This document shows positions 14,094 to 25,600 of a DNA stretch of 64,000 bases, in pieces. This DNA comes from Leucoraja ocellata. Its lineage: Eukaryota. The first letter of the stretch is position 1; each line of letters opens with the position of its first letter. The notes below the pieces were generated by a model. The model saw only the letters and a list, made by a program, of their open reading frames with translations. It ran no database searches and was not told where the DNA came from. The stretch is from NCBI GenBank assembly GCA_036785375.1, contig JAWMAR010000396.1, forward strand, positions 1,178,001 to 1,242,000, written 5' to 3'. The position numbers and the translations under genes were made by a program.

Positions 14094-14263
14094 GTTCCGG
14101 CCGGTTCGAGGGGGACCTCGTCACGATGGATGTGGCCCACGGGGGAGAGAAGCTTTTATCAACATGGATGACTTCATGGGGGACGATGAGTTTAACCAAA
14201 CAGAGGAGAATGCAAGGGGTCGTGATCCAGCAGTTAGAGGGCGTGGCCGTGGAGTGATGCGAG
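14094..14263 (+). CDS. WDR33: WDR33 internal coding exon (not captured in-frame by the ORF track)
   Basis: TTTTCTCTCAAG acceptor, G|GTACAA donor, phase 2 to 1. FRPVRGGPRHDGCGPRGREAF..EENARGRDPAVRGRGRGVMR vs human FRRGAPPRHEGRAPPRGRDGF..EEAARGRDLRGRGRGTPR. Confidence 0.9.
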
Positions 14264-14896
14264 GTACAATGAACGTCTACAAATAGTATCTATCTTCACA
14301 AATGTGCAGCACTTTAAAAATGAGTTCAAATGTGTATGTGGTTACGCGTACTAATAAACCCTATAACCTGCATTTTCAACAGATACGGGTTACAAGCCCT
14401 AATGTGCAGCAAAGTAGACCGAAATTTGGGCAAATTTATAAAGCAACCTCTCGAAGACCTAACCGTGTCCCAGTGTCTGAATTGATATCAAGTATTCTGG
14501 TTTGCATCACTATTCAATCAGATTATCACTGATCTTTATCTTAACTTTAATGCAACTATAACAATTGATATCCTAACTCAACAAAAACCTACATTTTTTT
14601 ATGACCTGTAGTCCCAACAACCTTTTAAGGAAAGGTAGTTTTGGATTTCTACAGACCTTCATGAAGAGCTTCTGTGACCAACAGCGAATGGCCTGCTCTA
14701 GCTTCAGGCCATGTCCCTCCTTCTGGGCTCTCACTTCAGTGGAAACTGGTTCCCTCCATCCACACTGTCAACTTCTCCACCCATCCTGAACAAGTACTGA
14801 CAATCCCTGATAGCGAGGCACAAATGATGCCCTGGCCCCTGACAATGATGGAAGTTGCTTCGTTTTCAGTGTCTAATGTGCTGAACTGTTCTGCAG

Positions 14897-15058
14897 GTGG
14901 GCGAGGGGGTCTTCTTCCCCTACCTGGCCATGATGACTTCCCACGATTTGAAGGTGGCCGTAAGTCTGAGAAAAGGCCATTGTCTCCAGGAGGTCAACGC
15001 GACGGCTGGGGTGGCAGAGGGGACCGCGGAGAAATCCACGAACCTGTCAGAGAACCAG
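14897..15058 (+). CDS. WDR33: WDR33 internal coding exon
   Basis: TTCTGCAG acceptor, G|GTTTGT donor, 162 bp. GRGGLLPLPGHDDFPRFEGGRK..REP vs human GRKGLLPTPDEFPRFEGGRK..REP. Confidence 0.92.
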
Positions 15059-16024
15059 GTTTGTTCAGGGGGATATCTCTGTCATCTACAGTCTGAACAC
15101 TGTCAGTAGAAGGTGGTGTTGTCAAGGCGAACTGTCCCTGTGTCCTAGTCATAATATTATTCATGTGCACACCCTTAGGATTGTCCACAGCTGTGTCGGA
15201 AGCTGCCCCTCTCTCAGTAAATCTCAGTGTTGAAAATGTTTGTGAAGCTTACCCAGTATCCTGAAGATTAAATTATTCCAACGCAAAACATGAACTTCCT
15301 TTTTATATCCTGATTTTTAATTTTAAGTCAGTCTTCTAAAATATAAACGGGGGTCTAGAGTGGTGGTGGGGTCCGGTACAGTAGGGACATGGGTAGACGT
15401 ATATATCTTGCTCCCTCTAAAACTTACCAGGATTGTTAAAATTATTCATTATATGGTTACGTGATGTTTAAAATAGTGACATAAAAGTGTGTTTAGGTAT
15501 TACTGGAAGTAATATCCACGAGTCTTGAAATTCCACTGGTCAACGGAAAAGCCAGGGGTGCCAGATTATTGTTAAAAGAGAACCTGGTGGCTGATGGGGA
15601 AGATTTGGATGCCATTGGTTGTCCATTCATGGACAGGCACCAAGAGATTTTGAAATGTGTGCATCCAGCCAAGATGAAACTGTCAGATCTACTTTGTCTA
15701 ACCTGTGCAGGATTTACTTCAGAGGGAGATTGATTGGAAATTGTCATTAAAAAGCAGCACAACAACCATGAATGATGGCAAGGGTAGCCCCCTTTTGCTA
15801 TAAAAAAATGTACAGAAAGCACCAGTATCCAAGACCCACAGTTGTCTGATGGATAGGGAAGAGTTGCTCAATTGGAGGGCTTGGTCTTGACTGGAAACTT
15901 TACTGGCTCATTGGTCGCTGAATAAAGTGCCTAACCTTGACCTCTTAATCTCATGTAACTTTTGAAGAGATGCCTTTTGTTATTTGCTTAGGACAGGCAG
16001 GTGTGCAGCTGACGTAAAACCATA

Positions 16025-16270
16025 GCGAGATACAGCATGGAAACTAGACCTTCAGCCCACCATGTGTACTGATCATCAACCACCCACTTAAACTAACCCT
16101 ATATCAATCCATTTCATCCTGCCTACTCATCAATTTCCCTCAGAATTTACCATTCACCTGTTCAGTGAAGAACACCAGAGCACCCAGGGGAAACCCACAT
16201 GGAGAACGCGCAAACTCCACACAGACAGTGACCGAGGACAGGATAGAACCAGGGTTGCTGGCACCGAGGA
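16025..16270 (-). mobile_element. HE1/V-SINE-like tRNA-derived SINE (degraded)
   Basis: Similar to the full copy at 26514-26821. Confidence 0.7.
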
Positions 16271-16393
16271 AGGACGTTTGTGTGGGCCGGTTTGGCATTG
16301 TTGCTTGTGCAGTGATGCTTGTTACGAGATACTCAATGTGAACAACGGGTTGGGACTTGAAATGACCTGTGCTTGTAATGGGCTGTGTTACAG

Positions 16394-16617
16394 GACGAGG
16401 AGGCCCATCAGCGTCGCTGCGAATGTCCAAACCTGGCCGCTCCAACTCGAACGAGGGAGATAGACACGACGGCTTCCAACGGGATGAGGCATTTGTTGGC
16501 CCAGGAGGACCTCCCCCCCGGGGTGGAGCTAGGGGCGGGCCCAACTGGAGCCGGAGTGGGAAGAACTCGGTACCACCGTCACGACGAGGACCGATCAGAG
16601 GCACCAGAGGGAGATGA
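16394..16617 (+). CDS. WDR33: WDR33 terminal coding exon with stop codon
   Basis: TTACAG acceptor. GRGGPSASLRMSKPGRSNS..HDGFQRDEAF..NWSR..RRGPIRGTRGR* vs human GRGGPGPAQRVPKSGRSSS..HDGYHRDEPF..NWGR..RRGASRGGGRGR*. Confidence 0.93.
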
Positions 16618-17037
16618 GGAAGCAGCACTGAGAGATGGGATTTTACTCTAGCTGCTCTGGGGCGTGTATAGTCTTTCAAACGAACCTTGTGCGAATGGCC
16701 CGTGCAAGAATCTGGCCCTGGGAGATGCAGAAACCTTTCCTTTTTTCATTTTTGTACAGCTGGCAGCAGTGTTTGTTGTTAAACTCCAGCAGTTTTAGTG
16801 TTGTGAGCTCTGGAGCACTGCCACACACACACACACACGACATGTCAGATCAACGTTGCTCTGACTTGGTGTACAGTTTGTCTCAAGTGTCATTTTGTAT
16901 GACTACACAATATAATTTGTGCAAAATTTAACCGAAAGATAGAGACCTGGTCTGTTTTTATTTTGCCACATCTTGTTTTACATGCATCACACAGCTGTTG
17001 ACCTCTCTGAAGTCATTCTCTGAAGTACAGAGAAGAA

Positions 17038-17043
17038 AATAAA
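17038..17043 (+). terminator. WDR33: Candidate WDR33 poly(A) signal AATAAA
   Basis: About 420 nt after the stop, preceded by several TGTA motifs and T-rich tracts. A second AATAAA lies at 17565-17570. Confidence 0.6.
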
Positions 17044-17220
17044 AGTAGTTTTATCCACTGTTTAGGGGCAGAGTTGATTTGGGCAGTAAGATCTGATGCT
17101 GATTCTGAGGCAGACATTTGGTAGCTTTAGCTGCCTGCCTTTGCAAATGACCTATGATTGTTTTTGAGAGATGACTGCTGTCTAAGACACCAGAACTGCC
17201 TACCCAAACAGCCAAATGTG

Positions 17221-17345
17221 ACTCCTTCAGCAATGGCGCACTCCCTCAGTACTGCACTCACATGTCACTGTAAATAATGCATTCGGATCCTGGAAATGGG
17301 GTTGAACTTACTCAGTGGTCAGGCTACCCATGCAGCCAAGTTAAA
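17221..17345 (-). mobile_element. DeuSINE (SacSINE1/AmnSINE-like) 5' fragment
   Basis: Minus strand reads ..GTGCAGTACTGAGGGAGTGCGCCATTGCTGAAGG, like the Deu-domain entry, after a degenerate tRNA-like head. Confidence 0.6.
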
Positions 17346-19129
17346 CTGCTAGGGATAATGGAAAGCTACACACTCAGAGTAAAGTTACAGGTAATGCAAA
17401 AGAAGTCACAAGAACATGGCATCACTCATCCGGGTGTGGGCAGTGCGGTCGCAGGCAGAGAGGTGGAGACTAGGTGGCGACGCATTCACTGAGAGAGTGT
17501 GAGACAAGTGTTTGTCATGCAGGCGCTGATGCATTTGTGCTTACCTATTGATGATGGAGAGGCAAATAAAAGCCAGCTGTGAGCAATATGGTGGCAATTC
17601 CTGGGTTTCATCCATGTAAAAGTACACACTGCCAGACCTGACCAAACTTACTGAAGGTTCAGAGGAAGCAATGGAGATGTACAGTCAAGTTGAAATTGAT
17701 TGTCTTCTCAGCTTTCCAGAAGCAGATTGCACTCAGGATCTGCGACTGGCTCCCTTCTCCGTTACTTTTCCAATTTGTCCATTAATTAATTTGTTATTGC
17801 CCTTCATCACCAAAATTTTATTTGCTGGTCTGTTTTGCCAAGTCCTACAGTGTCCCATACTTAAAAGACAGAAACACTAGCCTTATAACTTTTTTGGTGG
17901 TTCTTGTTAGGAACTAGGGTAATTGTTATATGTTTACTTTCAAGATTCTCTTGGGCTCAGCAAAAACTTCACAAATGGTCGGGGCGTTGCAGGTTTTGTA
18001 TTTGAGATTTAATCTACTCATTTTGCTGGTGCTTCTCAAGACTTGCTGCAGGCAGACCGTGCAACTACTGGAGAAAATGCGTTTGTACTTGAATTGCCCG
18101 TGAGCAAAGGCGCAGAGACAATTGGACTCAATTAATTCAACCGGTATAACTTCATACAAATATATTCTGGTCTTCCCACTTTAGTGGGTCACCTGACCAC
18201 ACGTGGAATAGCTCTTATCGCCTGTGTAGTTTTCAAATCCTGTCAATTGTCACCCTGCCAAAATCTCGGGGTGGGCTCTCCATTAGTTGATTTACCCGAT
18301 CTGCTCCCAAATGTTCATCCATTTTGGTCTGCACTGTGAACTGTGATCCGCAACCTGATTGTGTATTAAAGATCATTTTTGTGAAGCAAAGTCTCATCAT
18401 GATCCCTTTCCACTGCCGCAGTTCATTTCCAACTCAGTCAGCAAGTATCGCCTGGGTGACCAGATTTCCCTCAACATGAGAAAACGGAGTGAATCTTCAT
18501 ACATCTGGAAACTCTCACTCCCCCCCCCCCCTCCCCCATGGACTGTGTTGGGGGTCAACTCGTGTTTCAACATCTGAATTTCACCGATTTTGTCAAATAT
18601 ATCAAATGATGTGCAGTAAAGTTGGGTAAATAGTTCTGATGTGCAAGGATATTTGGGATGTCTTACTGCAACAATGTAAGTCTGGTGAGACCACACCATG
18701 ACTATTATGTGCCGCTGGTTTCTTTTCCTGGGGATGATTATACTTCCGATAGGGGGAGTGGAGTGAAGGCCAGATGGGTGGATCATATGGGGAGAGATTA
18801 AACCAATTGTTCCCATTCTACACTGAGTATAAAACCAAAAGAGAGGTTTTCTGGAACATGTAAAATTCCTACAGGGCAGATAAGAGGATGTGCCCTTGTA
18901 TCAGATGTCCAGAAAAATTCTCAAAGTAAGAGTGGCCCAGTCGGCACCAAGGTGAGAAATTTCCTCACACAGAGGGAGATGAATGTTTCCCACAGTTCTC
19001 TATATTCCAGGATTTTGAGGCAATATGGGATTAGTACCGATAAAATAGAGGATAGCACAAGGAGTAATTTTCTTTAATTAGCCATTGAGCAATAGAACAC
19101 ACATGGAGGCTCCTTTCCTGTGGTCTCGT

Positions 19130-19570
19130 TACAAGTGTTTTGAGTTACAATGAAATTCTTTGTTTTGCATGCTAGTCATTTAGATCAGATATTATAGATT
19201 AATACAATCAAGTCATACTCAAGTACAATAGATGGAGCAAAGGGGAACAGAACGCATCAGTTCCATAGACAAATTCCACTGTCCACAATGGGGTAGAGGT
19301 AAATCAGACAGTCCCTTAGCTTACGGACGGACAGTTCAGAAGCCTATAACACAGGGGAAGTACTTGTTCCTGGGTCCAGTGATAGGTAGTTTCAAGCTTC
19401 TGTACCTTCTGCTTGACCGAGCAGGGGGAAGAAGGAATGACTGGGGTGTGACAAGTCTTTGATTAAGTTGGCTGCTTGCCTGGGCTGTGTAAAGTTTAGA
19501 TGAAATGAAGTCAACAGTGGGAAGTCCGGTATCTAGGCTGCATCAGACTCTATAATTTCTTGCGATGGGG
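19130..19570 (-). mobile_element. Rex-Babar-type LINE 3' fragment
   Basis: Similar to 6090-6897 and 46700-47530. Confidence 0.6.
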
Positions 19571-19659
19571 CAAGGGCATCTGTGGCAACCAGTTGGATTT
19601 CCGTGGAAGGCAAGCAGAAGTCATGCAGGCCAGTGTGGCTGGTTGGTACAAGTGCGCAA

Positions 19660-20187
19660 TGAATGAATGTATGGCCGGCGATTAAATCGCCCCCTTTCCT
19701 GCAACTTCTACCTCTGGCGAGATCGAACTAGAGGCATCTCCTCTAACCAGCGCCTCCGGTGGTCCTGCGGGAAGTATAAAGACACTGTCCATGATCTCGC
19801 CCTGGCCCAAACCTTGGCGGTGGGTGGAGAATGCCAGGGCAATTGCCGGATAGGGATGTTGTGGCCAGCCGTAGTAGTCTGGCTGACTTCAGGCAGAAGG
19901 AGCAGAGCAGGGGATAGCCCGACACGAGGGAGTGGCCGTGAAGGCCCCCTGTGCCCCTGGTCCAGGCGAGTCAAAAGACCCTTTGAAGGCGTTTGCTCTG
20001 AAGTTGATCTGGCTCAGGGATCTGGGCTGTTTACCAGATCTCAGTGGTTACGCTCTCCCTGGGGAAGCCGTCCCGTGAAGTTGCCAAGAGTGCACGGCGG
20101 TCGAACGCTCTCCTTTTTTGGGTTGAAAAGAATCCGCAGATTTAACGTCTCCTGAGCAGTTCCCGATTGAGCGAGGCGCCGAGGACC
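19660..20187 (+). promoter_or_regulatory. LIMS2: CpG-rich promoter and 5' UTR region of LIMS2 exon 1a
   Basis: Unique CpG-enriched sequence directly upstream of the MTGS exon. TATAAA at 19775-19780 (function uncertain). Confidence 0.55.
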
Positions 20188-20198
20188 ATGACGGGGAG
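20188..20198 (+). CDS. LIMS2: LIMS2 first coding exon 1a (M-T-G-S)
   Basis: GGACCATGACGGGGAG|GTGAGG. A phase-2 splice to 29408 gives [11 protein letters not shown], matching the human LIMS2 start MTGSNMSDALA. Confidence 0.88.
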
Positions 20199-21339
20199 GT
20201 GAGGAACTGGCGGCGATCAGCGGCTGAAGGGGCTGTGAGACTGGGGAGAGGGGGAAGATGTGGGAGAGAGAGAGAGAGTCAGTGTGTAGAAGGGGGGGAG
20301 AATGAAGTAAACCCGAGTAGCGGCTGTGGAGAGGAGAGTGTGGGGAGAGTGGAGGAAGTGGATAGAGGGAGGGGTGTGGAAAGGGGAGAAAGAGAGGATG
20401 TAGAATGGAGTGGAGAAGGAATGAGAGGCGAGAGTGCATGGTGCAGAAAGAAGGTGGTAAAGAGTGGGGAGCAACAGAGAGTGAGAGATGGCTGCAGGGA
20501 CATTGGGTGTCCAGCTCTCAGTTTCCAGAGTTCCACCGATCTTGGATATATTCCTCTGGCAAATAGGACACAACTGTTGAATTCAAGAGGGAGAGAGAGA
20601 ACGGGGAATGACTGGCCTGTCAGTGTAATGTCAGTGGTGGGGCGTGGGGGAAATGCTGGAATCTACCTCGAAAAACGTAATTACAGAAAAATCTGGAAAT
20701 GAATGCCTGGATTGAACGGAGTTTATTTACGAAAAGGAAATCGTGTTTCACTTGAATTCTCTGAGGATATGAGGACGGGGAGCCGGTGGTGTGGGGTGTT
20801 GGGTGTTGGGACTTTCAGAAGGCTTTCAACGAGGTTCTATCGAGGTTAGAGATCAGAAACGAAAGTGTGGGAATAGACAGATCTTTCTCAAGTTGGCGGG
20901 CGGTGACTAATCGAGTACCGTTAAGGCCCCAGTCTTCCAAATGAAAGGACCAGTATAGCTGTTTAAAAAAAGGCTACTGATGGGACAAGCCGCTTGACTG
21001 AGCAAGGATGTGGTGCATGTAATATAACGTAGAATACACGAGGTTTTTCGCGTTTTTTAAGACTGGGAAGCATTTGTGTAGAAAGCAAACTATAAGTCAT
21101 TTGTCTCAATCCACTGGGAGCCAAATGCAGAGGTGTAAACTATTAGGATGGAAAATGGGTTTGTGCCCTCATGATGAAAGGATTTGAGTGCAGGTATAAC
21201 GTGTCTTGTTGCAGCTGCAAGGCATGGTGAGACCACACATGGAATGATGGAACCGAATTCAGGGGCCAATAGCTCCTATTGTTCTAAAGAGATAGCACGA
21301 GGGAGAAAACGCAGTGAGACAGAGTGTACAACAGTCATG

Positions 21340-21810
21340 GACACGGAAAAATGTGTCAGTATTGCAGGGACGGGTGTGGATGTGTGTCAGTGTAGAGTGG
21401 GTGTGAAAGTGTCAATGTTGGGGTGATCAGGTGTGTGTGAGTGTTTACATTGGTGGTTGGAAGTCTATGAATGCACATGTGTGTGCATGCACACTGCAGT
21501 TTTGAGGTGGGTGTGAGTCAGTGTTGGAGTGGGTATGAGTGTCAGTGTGAATATGGTGTGAATCTGTCCAGTAGCTGTGAGTAAAGTGTGTAAGTGTAGA
21601 CTTGTGAGCTAGTATGGATGTGAGCATGTAAGAGATGCACTGAGTGTGAGTTAGCATGGGTGTGGACATTTCAGCGTGGAGTGGTTGTGTCAGTGTATAG
21701 TAATAGTGAGTGTGCATGTGTCGGTATGGTGCACAAGAGTTTCTCAGTCTTGGGTATGAGTGTATTAGTGTGGGGTTAGTGTGCCATTCTGAGTAGCTGT
21801 GAGCGTGTCA
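21340..21810. repeat. Degenerate (TG)n-rich low-complexity tract
   Basis: Visible TG/GTGT runs. Similar tracts at 30500-30900, 54020-54220 and 54430-54770. Confidence 0.85.
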
Positions 21811-22164
21811 GCCCAGTGTACTTTGTGAATGTGTCCTGGTTTTCCCGTCCCCGGCCCACTCCTGTGGGATCGAGTGTGCAGGGTGCTGAGGACAGTGGGA
21901 CCTCCTGCTGTTGACCGTGGGCCTCGGACCTCGGCTATAGTCTGTAATGCCTTCAACATCCGGTATGACCGTGGAGGTGAGCCAGTCCCTGGGTCCGGCT
22001 CCCACCTCCGGACCCCAGGCCTGGGTATGGGTTGGGAGAGCAGGGTGGGACAGGGCCAGAGTCGTTATGAGTCTACTCCCGCCCAGGCCTCTCCTCACTG
22101 TGTCTCAGCCACATCTCCCCTCCTCATGGCCAGGCCTCTCACTGTGGTTCAATCACATCTCCCT

Positions 22165-22430
22165 CAAGTTCAAGTTCAAGTGAGTTTATTGTCATGTGTC
22201 CCTGTATAGGACAATGCAATTCTTGTTTTGCTTAAGCACACAGAAAATAGTAGGCATTTGCTACAAAACAGATAAATGTGTCCATATACCATGATATAAA
22301 TATATACACATATGAATAAATAAACTGATAAAGTGCAAATAGCAGAAAGTGGTTTTGTCCGAGCCAGGTTTAATAGCCTGATGGCTGTGGGGAAGTAGCT
22401 ATTCCTGAACCTGGTTGTTGCAGGCTTCAG
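22165..22430 (-). mobile_element. Rex-Babar-type LINE 3' tail
   Basis: (CAAGTT)n tail and TTTATTGTCA terminus, as in other Rex-like copies. Confidence 0.65.
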
Positions 22431-22788
22431 CCTCCCTCACTCCAGCAGGGCCTCCCCTTATTGTGGCTCTGTCCCATTTCCCTCCCTCCAGCTGGACTTC
22501 TCCTCATTACAGCACGGTCAGATATCCTTCCCTGCAACCAGGCCTCTCACTGTGGCTCAGTCACATCTCTCTCCTGTCAGTGTCCCAAGGGAGCTCGGTG
22601 ATTCCTGTCAGGAAGGAAACCAGAGGCCGGCAGACAATCTCCTCCACCCGGACTCCCCTCAGGGGCCGGCCCATCACGGGGTGGGCAGGATGTTGTCCAG
22701 GGAATCCGGCAGTGCCTGGTCTGGGAAGGAGCAGTTCCGGAAGGCAGGCTGGAGCCAGGCAGGAGGAGCTGGAGAACGGAGCGGATCC

Positions 22789-22904
22789 ATGAAGGCCGTG
22801 AGGCTTCGCGAGCTCACTGCCTCCCAGCTCTTCCGCCGTCGCCATGGCCGCCACAGCAGCTTGCTGCAGCTATGGGGGTCCGGGCCCCTGGCCCCGACAC
22901 CAGG
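22789..22904 (+). CDS. LIMS2: LIMS2 alternative first coding exon 1b
   Basis: MKAVRLRELTASQLFRRRHGRHSSLLQLWGSGPLAPTPG, GG|GTAGGT phase-2 donor compatible with 29408. Resembles the human LIMS2 MAARLGALAASGLYRRRQHRQS and LIMS1 MTALQLKELSHSGLYRRRRDR isoform starts. Confidence 0.82.
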
Positions 22905-23199
22905 GTAGGTGCCAGACCCCCGGCTGGGGGCTGGTGGATGGGGGGAGGCTCAGCAACACCCCCATCCCCGGTCTGGACACGTCGGAGGTTCCTCAGAGGC
23001 CCCTCCCTGCAAACCAAGCTCTTTGTTTTGTCTGATGTTTCGTGTAGGTCTGGAGTGTGTGGGAGGGGTTGGTTAGGAACACCCTCATCAGCACTGTGGC
23101 CTCTTCACTGAGGAACCAGTGGGTTAGGGGAGGGCAGGTGTGATGACCATTGTCTGGGCCTAGCCAAGGAGGTACAGCTGCTGAATGAGCGGCAGCAGA

Positions 23200-23700
23200 T
23201 GGGGAAGGGTGGTTGGAGGAGGGCGAGGGGAGAGGAGTGGAGGACAAAGGGGTGAGGAGTGGAGGACAGAGCGGTGTGGGGAGCGGAGTGGAGGGGGGCA
23301 GAGGGGAGTGGGTAGGTAGGATGAAAGAGTAAGGGAGAGGCTGTGGACAGATGGCTGGAGGAGTGGAGGGGGAGGAGAGTCAGGACAGGCATTGGGGGGA
23401 AGGAAGGGGAATGGACTAGGGGGAACAGAGGAGTGGGGGATGGTGGAGAGAGACAGAGAGGTGGGGGGAGAAGGGATGGAGGGGAGTAGAGAATTTGGCC
23501 AGAAGGGGGAGGGGAGAGGGAGGGATGAGGAATGGGTTATGGAGGGGGATGGAAGGGATAGAGGGAAAAGGATGACCTAGGTTTGGAGGGAATGGAGAAG
23601 GGGGAGTGATGGATAGGGATCGGAGAGGGGTCTTGATGAGGAAGGGAGGGAGTGGCCCGGATGGGATACTGTGCCTCAGTCCCTGGGTGGGGAGGGGGAA
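23200..23700. repeat. Purine-rich (GGA/GAG) low-complexity tract
   Basis: Similar tracts at 20240-20490 and 29000-29260. Confidence 0.8.
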
Positions 23701-24419
23701 AGTTAATCCCTGGAGCTGGAACCTTTGGGGTTGAGTGTTTGCTGAATGGTGTGGGTGCTGAGGCTTGTCTGCGGTGAGGGAGTGGGAGGTAGGGCTGGGT
23801 TGAATGGCACTTGTACTGCTATTGGTATTGGTTTATTACTGCTATGTGTATCGAGAATTTGAAAACGGTGTCTTGCATGATATCCAATCAAATTAAACCA
23901 GAGTGAGGAATATAGTGTTAGAGCTAGAGACATTGAGCAGTCTAAAAAGTGTAAGAGCCGCAGTGAGGTAGGTTGGAAGATCGTAACCACACCCTGAGCT
24001 TATGAGAGGCCCATTCAGTAATCTGGTAACATCAGAGAAGAAACTATTCCTGAAGCTGTTGTACGTGCTTTCAAGCTTTTGTAACTTCCGCTGGAGGTTT
24101 GCCGGTTAATCGGCTTGGTATAGATTGTAAGTCGTCCCTAGTGTGTGTAGGATAGTGTTTGTGTATGGAGATCGCTGGTCAGTGCGGACTCGGTGAGCTG
24201 AAGGGCCTGTTTCCGAGCTGTATCTCGAAACTAAACTAAACTAATTAGAAAATTATCTCAGCCTTTCATTATACCGAAGGATTCCATCTCCCTAAGAAGT
24301 TCTAGACATAATTGGTATCTGCCTCTACAGCTTCCTCTAAGAAGCAGAGGGTGATGATAACAAGCAACTCCCTTGAACCAAGGCCCTTCAACTGGCCTTT
24401 CCCATGACCTGAAATATAG

Positions 24420-25600
24420 AATATAGAGCACTGCAACACAGGAACAGGCCTTCAGCCCACAGTGCCTGTGCCGAACATGATGTCAAGACCATATCTGATC
24501 TTCTTTCCTGCACAAAATCCATATCCCACCATTCCCTGCATACACATATCTATATCTATCTATCTATCTTCTATATCTATATAAAACTGTGTGTATGTGT
24601 GGCTGTGTGTGTTTCTGACGTGGCTGCCAGCCTTTGATTCGTTGCCACGACAACACCCGACCCACAAACGCCCTGATTTTTTCCATTTCGGTAGAGATTT
24701 CACTTTTCATTCCAAGTATCCACTCCTCATTAAATTTTGTCGTGTTTATGTACACATTTTTAATCAAATCCTTCTCCCCCCACTCACTCATTTTGTTGCC
24801 TCCTGCTGGCCAGTGCCCATAATGGCTGCTGGCGCCCGCATCTCGCCTCAAATATGCCATTTAACAGCCGCACTGCTGATTCCTCAGCCGCTTGAGTTGG
24901 AGGACCACGTCTCCCGTGGGGGCTACGGGTAGGGAACCGCTGCGTTGGGGGAGCAGACGCAACGGGTCTGCACTTGGTCTTGTGCCTATCTAAAAGTCTC
25001 TTAAATGCCACTATAGTATCTGTTCCAGACACTCATTAATAAACTGGCCCCGCACATCTCCTTTAAATTTTGCCCCTCTCATCTTAAAGCGATGCCCCCT
25101 AGTGTTTGATATTTCCATCCTGGGAAAGGGAAAAAGGTTCTGATTATCTACCCAATCTATGCCTCTCACAATTTTATATACTTCTATCAGGTCTCCCCAC
25201 AACCATTCCACTCAGGGCCTTAGTTCAATGGAGTTGGAGTGTTATAGTCACCCTTTGCTTCTTACCATTGCTAAAGGAAGCTGTAGATGCAGATACAATT
25301 ACAGTAAGTCTTTCAAATGACAAACAATCCAAGTCTGTCCAAACTCTCCTTGCACCTAATACCCCCTATCGAGGCATAATTCTGGCAAACTTCCTCTACA
25401 CCCTTTCCAAAGCCTCCACATTCTTCCTGTATTGGGCCGACCAAAACTGTACGCAATACTCCAAATACGGCTAATCAACGTCCTACAAAGTTGCACTTTT
25501 ATACTCAATGCCCTAATCAATGAAGGCAAGCATACCAAATGCCTTCTTTACCACTCAATCTACTTGTGTTGTCACTTTCAGGGAGTTATGGAATTGGAAC
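24420..25600 (-). mobile_element. CR1 LINE 3' fragment split by a Helitron
   Basis: Minus ORF GDLIEVYKIVRGIDWVDNQNLFP..NTRGHRFKMRG; host sequence resumes after 24982. Confidence 0.8.
24549..24982 (+). mobile_element. Non-autonomous Helitron
   Basis: 5' TC start, inserted between A and T with no TSD, subterminal hairpin GCAGACGC-AAC-GGGTCTGC (24953-24971), 3' end CTTG (one change from CTAG). Confidence 0.75.

Noticed and set aside
15497-15733. Open stretch after TTTAG as the missing WDR33 exon
   Set aside because: The phase-1 frame stops after ~10 codons, and the longer frame has no WDR33 similarity.
19667-20155. 162-aa ORF upstream of LIMS2 exon 1a, considered as SFT2D3 or an N-terminal extension
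   Set aside because: No hydrophobic SFT2 pattern, wrong strand for SFT2D3, and out of frame with the MTGS ATG.
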